A stretch of 24,289 nucleotides of DNA from Trueperaceae bacterium (GTDB lineage: Bacteria; Deinococcota; Deinococci; Deinococcales; Trueperaceae), in contig JBBDRK010000076.1 in NCBI GenBank assembly GCA_040905465.1, forward strand, positions 1,578 through 25,866, read 5' to 3'. Each line of letters begins with the position of its first letter. The first letter of the stretch is position 1. The position numbers and the translations under genes are program-made. Of this stretch, positions 7,783 to 16,180 are shown piece after piece. The notes beneath the pieces were generated by a model, which saw only the letters and a program-made list of their open reading frames with translations, searched no databases and had not been told where the DNA came from.

Positions 7783-7812
7783 AACATACCACTTCTATAC
7801 CAGATGAGTCAA
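7783..7812 (-). promoter_or_regulatory. Sigma70-type promoter of the ABC-aac(3)-ggt operon with internal operator
   Basis: TTGACT-N18-TATGTT with TGn extension. TCTGGTATAGAAGTGGTA (7804-7787) fills the spacer. Confidence 0.7.
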
Positions 7813-7901
7813 GAGATCGGCAGTGCCCACCCGGCTCGAACAGGTCCTGCCGCGCGCCCCGAGCTTGAAGGTGAAATCGCCCCTCAGTATGAAACTTGCC
7901 A

Positions 7902-7931
7902 TTGACGCCGCCGAGGCACGCCTCGTACGCT
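7902..7931 (+). promoter_or_regulatory. Putative sigma70 promoter for the lipoprotein gene
   Basis: TTGACG-N18-TACGCT upstream of an AGGAGG SD. Confidence 0.5.
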
Positions 7932-7951
7932 TCGGCTCTGAGGAGGCAAGC

Positions 7952-8302
7952 GTGAACCGTCTCGCCCTGGTCGTCGGGCTCTTCTTGCTGGTACTGTCCT
8001 CCTGCGCGCCACAGCCGCAGGTGGAGAACAACGTCATCCCCACGCTGGTCTCGACCACCGTCCAGGGAGACACCGTCATCTTGCAGGGCCGCTACTTCAG
8101 TGACGGCAGGGACGGCGAAAGCGCCGGTTCCTACGTTCTCCTCGGTGCCAACTACAGCGGCACCGGCGGTGTGCGGGCCGAAATCGTGTCCTGGAGCGGT
8201 CACCGCATCGAAGTCGCAGTGCCGGCCGGAGCCGGCTACGGCTACGCCTTCGTCTTCGTCGACCGCATTCGGTCCAACGGACTGCCCGTAAACCTGAACT
8301 GA
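7952..8302 (+). CDS. Lipoprotein, probable IPT/TIG-like beta domain
   Basis: AGGAGG SD then GTG. Lipobox LSSC. VILQGRYF...IVSWS..RIEVAVP pattern typical of IPT/TIG domains. Confidence 0.8.
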   Translation: MNRLALVVGLFLLVLSSCAPQPQVENNVIPTLVSTTVQGDTVILQGRYFSDGRDGESAGSYVLLGANYSGTGGVRAEIVSWSGHRIEVAVPAGAGYGYAFVFVDRIRSNGLPVNLN

Positions 8303-8326
8303 CCGGTCGAACCATGACCACAAGTC

Positions 8327-8354
8327 GAGGCCGCAATCGCGGCCTCATTTTTTT
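8327..8354 (+). terminator. Rho-independent terminator
   Basis: GAGGCCGC-AATC-GCGGCCTC followed by ATTTTTTT. Confidence 0.88.
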
Positions 8355-8426
8355 GGCAGCCACACCGTCGTACGGTCAGCGGGGGCCGGAGCGCGCCGAG
8401 CGCGGAACTCTCGTTCGCAGCCAGCT

Positions 8427-8455
8427 TTGCGCACCGAAGAGGGCCGGTGTAGACT
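8427..8455 (+). promoter_or_regulatory. Putative (near-)leaderless promoter of hisS
   Basis: TTGCGC-N17-TAGACT, 8 nt before ATG 8464. No SD. Confidence 0.55.
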
Positions 8456-8463
8456 CGGACGTT

Positions 8464-9732
8464 ATGAGGCTCCGAGCCGTCAAGGGCACCCACGACATCC
8501 TGCCGGAACAGATGCCCGCCTGGCACGAACTGCGCCAGGCGGTAGCCACCACGCTCGAGCGAGCCGGTGTGCGCGAGATGGCGACTCCAGTCTTCGAATA
8601 CAGCGACGTGTTCACAAAATCGGTCGGCGAATCGGCGGACCTCGTGGTCCAGAAGGAGATGTACACCTTCGAGGACCGCGGTGGACGCTCTCTGACTCTG
8701 CGCCCGGAGTTCACGGCGGGGGTGTTGCGCGCCTACATCGAGCACGGCATGCACACTCGGCCGACCCCGGTAAAGTTGTGGAGCGTCGGTCCGGCGTTCC
8801 GGGCGGAAAACGTTCAGCGCGGACGGTTTCGCCAGTTCCACCAGATCAACTGCGAGATCCTGGGGCTCGCCGCGCCGCTGGTGGACGCCGAGGCCATTGC
8901 GCTGATGTACCGCTCCCTGCAAGCCTGCGGGCTCAAGCAGATGATCGTGAAGCTCGGCTCGGTGGGTGATCCAAGCGACCGCGCCAGCTTCAACGCGTAC
9001 CTGAGAGACGAGCTGCAGCCGCGGGCGAACGAGCTGAGCGAGACCAGCCAGGCTCGCCTCGCGGTGAATCCGATGCGAATCCTCGATGCCAAAGACCGGG
9101 GGGACCAGGAGCTCGTGAGCGGCCTGAAGCGCCCGCTCGACTTCCTGGGCGACGAGAGCCGGGAACACTTCGCCCTCGTCCAGGCCAGCCTGGCCGACTG
9201 GGGGATCCCGTTCGAGATCGACCCGGGCATAGTACGTGGCCTCGACTATTACCGCCGCACCGCTTTCGAGGTTCATCACGGCGGAATCGGGGCCCAGTCG
9301 GCGTTGGGCGGCGGCGGGCGCTACGACGGCCTGGTGGAGGGCCTCGGCGGGCCGGCAACACCCGGAATCGGCTGGGCGTTCGGGGTGGAGAGGGTACTCG
9401 ACGCGCTCGCACAGGACGGCGTCCAACCGGCCGTAGCGGCTACACCCGATCTCTTCCTGGTGCCGCTCGACGACTCGGCGGTAGCGGAAGTGGCGCGGAC
9501 CGCCGCCCGCTTGCGGAACCGCTTCCACGTCGAGCACGCCTACGTTCGGCGCAACGTGGGCAAGGGGTTGAAAGACGCCGACCGGACCGGCGCCCGCTAC
9601 GCCGCGCTGCGCGGGCCGGACGAGCGCGCCGCCCAGGCGTTCCGGGTCAAGCACCTCGCCACCGGCGAGCAGCACGACGTCGTGGAGAGCGAACTGGAGC
9701 GGTTTTTGGCGGCGGCGCCGGCGGCTCACTGA
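8464..9732 (+). CDS. hisS: Histidine--tRNA ligase
   Basis: KGTHDILP, KEMYTFEDRGGRSLTLRPEFTAG, FRAENVQRGRFRQFHQ, VRGLDYY, GGGRYDGL, GWAFGVER. Confidence 0.97.
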   Translation: MRLRAVKGTHDILPEQMPAWHELRQAVATTLERAGVREMATPVFEYSDVFTKSVGESADLVVQKEMYTFEDRGGRSLTLRPEFTAGVLRAYIEHGMHTRPTPVKLWSVGPAFRAENVQRGRFRQFHQINCEILGLAAPLVDAEAIALMYRSLQACGLKQMIVKLGSVGDPSDRASFNAYLRDELQPRANELSETSQARLAVNPMRILDAKDRGDQELVSGLKRPLDFLGDESREHFALVQASLADWGIPFEIDPGIVRGLDYYRRTAFEVHHGGIGAQSALGGGGRYDGLVEGLGGPATPGIGWAFGVERVLDALAQDGVQPAVAATPDLFLVPLDDSAVAEVARTAARLRNRFHVEHAYVRRNVGKGLKDADRTGARYAALRGPDERAAQAFRVKHLATGEQHDVVESELERFLAAAPAAH

Positions 9733-9828
9733 GCCAGCGAGTACACGCCAACTGGTAGCCAGCGCGGCCGGAGGAACACCGTGCCCCGAGCGGCATCGAC
9801 ACGACACATCACGAGGAGCCAACGAGTC

Positions 9829-11625
9829 ATGCAACGAACGCATCAATGCGGCGCCCTGCGCGCCGAGCACCAAGGCAGCGAAGTAGTCCTGCAGGGCTGG
9901 ATCAACCGCCGCCGTGACCTGGGCGGCCTGATCTTCCTGGACATCCGTGACAGCAGCGGCATGGTCCAGGCGGTGGTGGAGCCGGACGACGCCGTGGCGT
10001 TCTCGGTGGCGGAGACGTTGCGGAGCGAGTACGTAACGCAGTTGCGCGGGGTCGTACGTCTGCGCCCGGAGGGTCAGCGCAGCGAACGACTCGCCAGCGG
10101 CGCAGTAGAGGTCCTGGTCCAGGACCTGGCAGTGCTGGCCGAGTCGCGTACCCCGCCCTTTCAGATCGACGGCAGCGTCGCCGGGGACGAAGTAAGCGAG
10201 GAGTTGCGCCTGCGTCACCGCTATCTCGACCTGCGCCGGCCGGAGGCCGCTCGGCCGTTGCTCGTGCGCCACCGCGTCTCCAAGGCGATCTGGGACTATC
10301 TCGACGAGCGCGGCTTCGTCCAGATCGAGACTCCGCTGCTCACCCTGTCCACCCCCGAGGGCGCCCGCGACTATCTGGTACCGGCGCGCGTGCGGCCGGG
10401 TAGCGTCTACGCGCTGCCACAGTCGCCCCAACTCTTCAAGCAGATGCTGATGATAGCGGGGTTCGACCGTTACTTCCAGATCGCGCGCTGTTTCCGGGAC
10501 GAGGACTTGCGGGCCGACCGCCAGCCGGACTTCACCCAACTCGACATCGAGATGAGCTTCGTCGACCAGGACGATGTGTTGACGCTCAACGAAGAGTTGA
10601 TGGCGCACGTCGTAGCGGCAGCGACCGGGCGCGAGACAGTAACGCCCTTTCCGCGCATCGGCTACCGGGAGGCGATGGACCGCTACGGATCGGACAAGCC
10701 CGATCTGCGCTTTTCGCTCGAGCTGACCGACCTCACCGAGGCGTTCCGAGCCAGCGAGTTCAAGGCGTTCGCCTCGGTCGCCGCCTCGGGAGGCGCGGTG
10801 AAGGCGCTGTCGGTGCCGGCGGTTCAGGCCAAGGAGTTGAGCCGCAGGCATCTTGGCGAGCTCGAGGAGCATGCCAAGCGCCACGGCGCCAAGGGACTGG
10901 CATGGCTGCGTCGCGCCGGAGACGGCTTCACCGGGCCGATCGCCAAATTCGTGGAACGGGAGAAGGAGGCTCTCAGCGCAGCGGCTCCCGCCGATGGCGA
11001 CCTGCTGCTGCTGGTGGGGGACGCCTGGAACACCGCCTGCACCTCGCTCGGAGCCGTACGCCTGGAGTTGGCCGGCCGGTTCGGGCTGCGCGACAGCGAA
11101 GCTTTCAACTTCCTGTGGGTAGTCGACTTCCCGCTGCTCGAGCGCGGCGAGGAGCGCGGCGAGGAGCCCGGTGAGGGCGAGGCCGGCTGGACCTACATGC
11201 ATCACCCCTTCACCCGGCCCCACGACGAGGACCTGGAACGGCTCGAGTCGGACCCGGGCAGCGTCCGTGCCTGGGCTTATGACCTGGTACTGAACGGCAA
11301 CGAGATCGGTGGCGGCTCGCTCCGTATCAACAGGCTCGACGTGCAGGAGCGTATGTTCACCGCGCTGGGCTTCAGCAATGAGGAGGCGCAGGCCCGATTC
11401 GGATTCTTCCTCGAGGCGCTCTCTTACGGCGCACCGCCGCACGGAGGCGTGGCCTGGGGGCTCGACCGCCTGGTCATGCTGCTCGCCGGTCAGAAGAGCA
11501 TTCGCGACGTCATCGCGTTTCCCAAGAATCAACGGGGCGTGGACCCGCTCACCGGCGCGCCAGCGCCGGCCGATCCGAGTCAACTGCGGGAGCTCGGCCT
11601 GGAAGTCATCGAGGAGCAGCAGTGA
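9829..11625 (+). CDS. aspS: Aspartate--tRNA ligase (bacterial type with GAD domain)
   Basis: [86 protein letters not shown]; alternative in-frame GTG at 9781. Confidence 0.97.
   Translation: MQRTHQCGALRAEHQGSEVVLQGWINRRRDLGGLIFLDIRDSSGMVQAVVEPDDAVAFSVAETLRSEYVTQLRGVVRLRPEGQRSERLASGAVEVLVQDLAVLAESRTPPFQIDGSVAGDEVSEELRLRHRYLDLRRPEAARPLLVRHRVSKAIWDYLDERGFVQIETPLLTLSTPEGARDYLVPARVRPGSVYALPQSPQLFKQMLMIAGFDRYFQIARCFRDEDLRADRQPDFTQLDIEMSFVDQDDVLTLNEELMAHVVAAATGRETVTPFPRIGYREAMDRYGSDKPDLRFSLELTDLTEAFRASEFKAFASVAASGGAVKALSVPAVQAKELSRRHLGELEEHAKRHGAKGLAWLRRAGDGFTGPIAKFVEREKEALSAAAPADGDLLLLVGDAWNTACTSLGAVRLELAGRFGLRDSEAFNFLWVVDFPLLERGEERGEEPGEGEAGWTYMHHPFTRPHDEDLERLESDPGSVRAWAYDLVLNGNEIGGGSLRINRLDVQERMFTALGFSNEEAQARFGFFLEALSYGAPPHGGVAWGLDRLVMLLAGQKSIRDVIAFPKNQRGVDPLTGAPAPADPSQLRELGLEVIEEQQ
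11140..11175 (+). repeat. 3 x 12-bp in-frame tandem repeat inside aspS
   Basis: GAGCGCGGCGAG GAGCGCGGCGAG GAGCCCGGTGAG encodes [12 protein letters not shown]. Confidence 0.75.
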
Positions 11626-12431
11626 TCCCACTGCTCGTGCTCGACCTCGACGGTACCGTGATCGGCTCCGACGGTGACGTGCGTCAGTGCGTCTGGGACG
11701 CGGTGGAGCGTGCCCAGGCCGCCGGCGTCAAGTTGGCGGCCTGCACCGGCAGGCCGGACGCCGGGGTGGCCCACAGGGTCGCCGCCCGACTAGGTCCGCG
11801 CAACGCTCACGTGTTCCAGAGCGGCGCCCTGATCTCGGATCCGTCCGGCAACACTTTGCACGTGGCCGCGCTCCGCGAGGCGGCGGTCCTGCAACTCGTC
11901 GAGCACGCGCGGGAGTTGGGCTTCGCCCTCGAGCTCTATACGCCCACCCATCTGTACGTGGAACGAAGGACGCCGATTACCGAAGCGCACGCCAGGATGA
12001 TCGGCGTGACGGCGCTGGTACGGGACCTCCGTGAAGTGGGCCGCATCGAGCCGGTGATCCGCGGACAGTGGGTGGTGAACCACCAGGAGCGCGCGCTGGT
12101 CGAGGAAATCGTGCTCTCCGGGGCGCAGATCTCGTCGGCGACCTCACCGGCTCTGCCCGATACGGCCTTCGTGAGCGTCACCCGAAGCGGAGTGTCAAAG
12201 GGCAGCGCCGTGAAGCTGCTGGCGGAGACGCTGCAAGTGGACCTGAAGGACGTAATGGCCGTAGGCGACAGCGAGGGCGACCTGCCGATGCTGGAAGCCG
12301 TTGGTCGTCCGATGGTGATGGCGGATGCCCCCGAGTCGCTACGCGACAGCTATCCAACGCTCGCCAGGGGCGCCGACGATTGCGGAGTCGTCGAGGCGCT
12401 GGAACTGGCCATTTCTGCCCGGAGCGCCTGA
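11622..12431 (+). CDS. Cof-type HAD-IIB family hydrolase
   Basis: [32 protein letters not shown] overlap with the aspS stop. Confidence 0.92.
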   Translation: MIPLLVLDLDGTVIGSDGDVRQCVWDAVERAQAAGVKLAACTGRPDAGVAHRVAARLGPRNAHVFQSGALISDPSGNTLHVAALREAAVLQLVEHARELGFALELYTPTHLYVERRTPITEAHARMIGVTALVRDLREVGRIEPVIRGQWVVNHQERALVEEIVLSGAQISSATSPALPDTAFVSVTRSGVSKGSAVKLLAETLQVDLKDVMAVGDSEGDLPMLEAVGRPMVMADAPESLRDSYPTLARGADDCGVVEALELAISARSA

Positions 12432-12458
12432 CGCAAACGGAAAGGTAGACTACCGCTC

Positions 12459-13757
12459 ATGCAAAGTACGACCATTAGCCAACTCGGCCGCCAGGTAGGC
12501 GCCCAGGTCGAGATCGCCGGCTGGCTCACCGGACTCCGCTCGAGCGGCAAGATCGCATTCCTGCAACTGCGCGACGGCAGCGGCTTCGTCCAGGGGGTAC
12601 TGGTGAGAAGCGAGGCCGGCGACGAACTGTTCGAACGTGCCTTGGAGCTTACCCAGGAGAGCAGTGTGCGAGTGCGTGGCGAGGTCCGCGAGGACAAGAG
12701 GTCGCCCGGTGGAGTAGAGCTCGGGGTCAGCGGTGTGGAGCTGGTCTCCCCCGCCGTCGACTATCCGATAACTCCCAAGGAGCACGGGGTCGACTTTCTG
12801 ATGGACCGGCGGCACCTCTACCTGCGCCACAAGGGCCCATGGGCGCTGATGCGGGTACGCGACGAGCTCGAACGGGCGATCCACGACTTCTTCGGCGAGC
12901 GTGGCTTCGTTCGCTTCGACGCTCCGTTTTTCATGCCGACCGCCGTCGAGGGGACGACCAACCTGTTCGAGATCGACCTCTTCGGCGGGGACAAGGCCTA
13001 CCTGTCGCAGTCGGGGCAGTTGTACGGCGAGGCTGGAGCGCTGGCCCTGGGACAGGTGTACACCTTCGGGCCCACGTTCAGGGCCGAGAAGAGCAAGACC
13101 CGGCGCCACTTGCTGGAGTTCTGGATGGTCGAACCGGAGGTCGCCTATCTGGAACACGAGGGCAACGTACGGCTTCAGGTCGACCTCATCAGCTACCTGG
13201 TGGGAAGAGTGCTGGAGCGCCGTCGTACCGAGCTGGATATGCTCGAGCGCGACGTGAGCCGGCTCGAGCCGACCGCCAACGGCGATTTCCCGCGCATCAC
13301 CTACGACCAGGCGCTGGACCTGCTGCGAGACAAGGGAGAATCTCTCGAGTGGGGGGACGATTTCGGGGCTCCACACGAAACAATCCTCGGAGACTCGTTC
13401 GACCGTCCGGTAGTGATCGAGGCCTGGCCTACCGCCGCGAAGGCGTTCTACATGGAGCCGTTCGAGGGTGATCCCGGCAGGGTCAAGAACAACGACATGA
13501 TTGCGCCGGAGGGGTACGGAGAGATAATCGGCGGTTCCCAGCGGATCCACGACCTCGAGCTGCTGGAACGCCGCATCGCCGAGCACGGCCTGCCGGCGGA
13601 CGCGTTCGCCTGGTACCTGGACCTACGGCGCTACGGAAGCGTGCCGCACTCCGGCTTCGGAATGGGCCTGGAACGGGTTCTGGCATGGATAACCGGAGCG
13701 CACCACCTGCGCGAGGTAATCCCCTTCCCGCGGATGCTCACCCGGCTCTACCCCTAG
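12459..13757 (+). CDS. asnS: Asparagine--tRNA ligase
   Basis: [78 protein letters not shown]. Confidence 0.96.
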   Translation: MQSTTISQLGRQVGAQVEIAGWLTGLRSSGKIAFLQLRDGSGFVQGVLVRSEAGDELFERALELTQESSVRVRGEVREDKRSPGGVELGVSGVELVSPAVDYPITPKEHGVDFLMDRRHLYLRHKGPWALMRVRDELERAIHDFFGERGFVRFDAPFFMPTAVEGTTNLFEIDLFGGDKAYLSQSGQLYGEAGALALGQVYTFGPTFRAEKSKTRRHLLEFWMVEPEVAYLEHEGNVRLQVDLISYLVGRVLERRRTELDMLERDVSRLEPTANGDFPRITYDQALDLLRDKGESLEWGDDFGAPHETILGDSFDRPVVIEAWPTAAKAFYMEPFEGDPGRVKNNDMIAPEGYGEIIGGSQRIHDLELLERRIAEHGLPADAFAWYLDLRRYGSVPHSGFGMGLERVLAWITGAHHLREVIPFPRMLTRLYP

Positions 13758-14332
13758 AGCGCCGCGGGCACGGCCAGGTGCTCCAGGAACACCCCGGCGG
13801 CCTCACCGTGCAACAGGAAGCGGATCTGATCCACGCCGTTGGCGAGCAGCGTCTCCTGCACCGAACGCAGGAGCCTGAGTTCGCCCGCGACCGACAGCGG
13901 CACCGGACCGGCGGGCCGGAAGTCGAGTATGGCCACCGACTGCCGGGCGAGGCTCTCGACGTAGACCGTGGGTGTGGGCAACGCCTCGGGCCACTCCCCG
14001 TCTGCCATCTCCCGGCGCAACGCGTCGAGGATCGCCTCGAGCCGGCCAGGAGCCGCGTCGGGTAGAGCGACCCGCGCGAACACCGGAGCCTCCAGGCCGC
14101 TGGCGTCGTACCGCATCAGACGCACCTCGCGCGTCTCGAGCGCCTCCGGCTCAGGGTCGACGATTTCGATGGCCGGAGGAGGTGGGTGCTGTTCGCCCCT
14201 GCCGAGCAGGAAGAACGCCGCGGACACCGCGAAAACGAGCAGCGCTATCAGCGGCTCGGGCCGCAACAGGGCCTGTCGCCGCGTCTCTGCCGGCAGGTTC
14301 AGCCTCAGGGGGAACTTCCAGCGAGGTCTCAG
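13754..14332 (-). CDS. Membrane-anchored GerMN-domain-like protein
   Basis: One N-terminal TM helix and a C-terminal AILDF...[29 protein letters not shown] GerMN-like pattern; lies downstream of an amidase as is typical. Start is either CTG 14332 (coupled) or TTG 14266. Confidence 0.75.
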   Translation of the reverse strand: MRPRWKFPLRLNLPAETRRQALLRPEPLIALLVFAVSAAFFLLGRGEQHPPPPAIEIVDPEPEALETREVRLMRYDASGLEAPVFARVALPDAAPGRLEAILDALRREMADGEWPEALPTPTVYVESLARQSVAILDFRPAGPVPLSVAGELRLLRSVQETLLANGVDQIRFLLHGEAAGVFLEHLAVPAAL

Positions 14333-15696
14333 GGCGACACCTCACGCCCCTGCAGCAACGCCGCTACCGCGTCGGCTACCGCCTCCACGACGGCTTCGCC
14401 GACTTCTTCGGCCGGCAACTCGAGGAGCAGACCTCGTCCCGCAGCACCTGCCAGAACCGCCAACGGAGCTGACTGCGCATCCTCGACCCTTACGCCCGAC
14501 CGGGCGAAGACCTCGGACTCCAGTCCGAGCGCATAGCGCCGGCCCACCTCGACATCGGGGACGAGGTTGAGCAGCAGTCTGCGTCTCAGAGCGTCGGTCG
14601 TGCCGGGAAGATCGGCCTCGGCGTTCCGCCTCACGGCCAGGTCCAGGTTGGCCGCGCCATCCGCTTCAGCCAGGTAGTACACGCCGATCGCTCCATCGGC
14701 GTCCGGATGTACATGGATCGACAGGAACAGGTCGGCGCCGACGCCCATCCCCGAGCGACTGGACAACGCGACATCGTGGTCCTCGCTGCGCGTCAGCTCG
14801 GTGCGCAGTCCCCTTCGATCGAGCTGTTCGGCCAGTCGGCGGCTGAAGTCGAGCGTCATCCCGCTCTCCGGCGAGCCGTCGACGATCATGCCGCCGTCTT
14901 CACCGCCGTGAGCCGCGTCGATCACCACGCGGGGAGCCTGCGCAGCCGGCTCCTCCTCTGCCGCTTCCGGGAAGATATCGACCACCAACCGGTAACCCCG
15001 TCCCTCCGGCACCGTGTAGACCGTGTACCCGACCTCCGGTTCGAGCGACACCCTCACCACGGCACCTCCGCGTTCGCCCAATGCCACCGCCCGGCTGAAG
15101 TAGCGGCCGTCCTCGACGGCCGCCAGCTGCGCCGCGTCGCTCCTGTCGAATCTCACCTCGAGCGAGTTCACCGGCTCGTTGTAGTACAGCGCGTATGACA
15201 CGTTGGAGCTCAGCGAAACGATCAACCGGTCCGCGCCGGACTGTCTCGTCCAGTCGAGGTCGCGCACCTGACCCCGCGGCAGCACCACCATCACCCGCTC
15301 ACGCTCGGGCACGTATGTCGTGTAACCGAGAAACGACCGTGCCACGAGGCTCACCGGCAGGAACAACTGGCCGTCGTCGAAGACCGCGCCCGTACCCGGC
15401 CGCTCCACGCCGTTCACGTTGACGGTCATGCCCTCGGTTGCGGCATCTTCCGGCTCGGTGAAGGTTCGAAGCACCAGCATGCGCCCGCCCAGTTCCAGGC
15501 TCACCAGTCCGGAACCGTAGTCGATCATCGAGCGAGCGCCCAACGCTTCGGCGTAAGCCCCGGCAGGCGCGTACGACACACCCTCGACCAGGGACAGGGT
15601 AAGCCCTGGTACTTCGCGGCCGTTGACGCTCAGGGTCGGAGCCGCCGTTGCCCCCGCCATCAGCAGCAGAACGACCAGTGCCAGGCTCCGCCTCAT
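14329..15696 (-). CDS. N-acetylmuramoyl-L-alanine amidase (Amidase_3) with N-terminal accessory domains
   Basis: Signal peptide ending ATA-A; VVIDAAHGGED..E, LTRSED, ADLFLSIH, LLLE. ATGA overlap with the smpB stop. Confidence 0.85.
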   Translation of the reverse strand: MRRSLALVVLLLMAGATAAPTLSVNGREVPGLTLSLVEGVSYAPAGAYAEALGARSMIDYGSGLVSLELGGRMLVLRTFTEPEDAATEGMTVNVNGVERPGTGAVFDDGQLFLPVSLVARSFLGYTTYVPERERVMVVLPRGQVRDLDWTRQSGADRLIVSLSSNVSYALYYNEPVNSLEVRFDRSDAAQLAAVEDGRYFSRAVALGERGGAVVRVSLEPEVGYTVYTVPEGRGYRLVVDIFPEAAEEEPAAQAPRVVIDAAHGGEDGGMIVDGSPESGMTLDFSRRLAEQLDRRGLRTELTRSEDHDVALSSRSGMGVGADLFLSIHVHPDADGAIGVYYLAEADGAANLDLAVRRNAEADLPGTTDALRRRLLLNLVPDVEVGRRYALGLESEVFARSGVRVEDAQSAPLAVLAGAAGRGLLLELPAEEVGEAVVEAVADAVAALLQGREVSP

Positions 15697-16127
15697 CGTT
15701 CGGAGAGCGCTCGCTCGATCTGTCGCTTGGCATCCTTCTCGGCCTGCTGGCGCCTCTTGTCGTGCATCTTTCGGCCTCTCGCGAGGGCCAGCATCACCTT
15801 GGCCCAACCATCTTTGAAGTAGAGTTTCGTCGGTACCAGCGTCAGCCCCTTGCGTTCAAGACCCCGCGCTATCTCCTCGATCTCCCGCTTCTTGAGCAGG
15901 AGCTTGCGGCTGCGCAACGGCTCGTGATTGTTGTAGGAGGCGTCCTTGTAGGGCTGTATGTGCATGCCTTCCAGGAAGACCTCCCCGCCGCGCATCCGGG
16001 CGAACGACTCGGCGATAGAGCCTCCTCCCGAACGCAACGACTTCACCTCCGAGCCGGTCAGGGTTATCCCGGCCTCGAAGGTCTCGAGGAATTCGTAATC
16101 GAAGCTGGCGCGGCGGTTCTGAAGCAT
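15693..16127 (-). CDS. smpB: SsrA-binding protein
   Basis: NRRASFDY...FEAGITLTGSEVKSLR, RSRKLLL, LARGRKMHDKR. Confidence 0.97.
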   Translation of the reverse strand: MLQNRRASFDYEFLETFEAGITLTGSEVKSLRSGGGSIAESFARMRGGEVFLEGMHIQPYKDASYNNHEPLRSRKLLLKKREIEEIARGLERKGLTLVPTKLYFKDGWAKVMLALARGRKMHDKRRQQAEKDAKRQIERALSER

Positions 16128-16180
16128 GTCGGTGCAATCTCCCTGCCGGCCAGTCTACCGCGCAGGTCCGGGCGATTCTT

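Noticed and set aside
9733-9828. T-box or attenuator upstream of the aaRS genes
   Set aside because: Leaders are too short, with no T-box consensus or U-tailed hairpin.
8242-11631. 1129-aa minus-strand ORF
   Set aside because: Antisense shadow of hisS/aspS caused by GC-rich codon bias; no recognisable motifs.
14329-14900. Amidase as a catalytically dead pseudo-enzyme
   Set aside because: Motifs are divergent, but the Zn ligands (H, E, H) and the downstream catalytic Glu all appear present.
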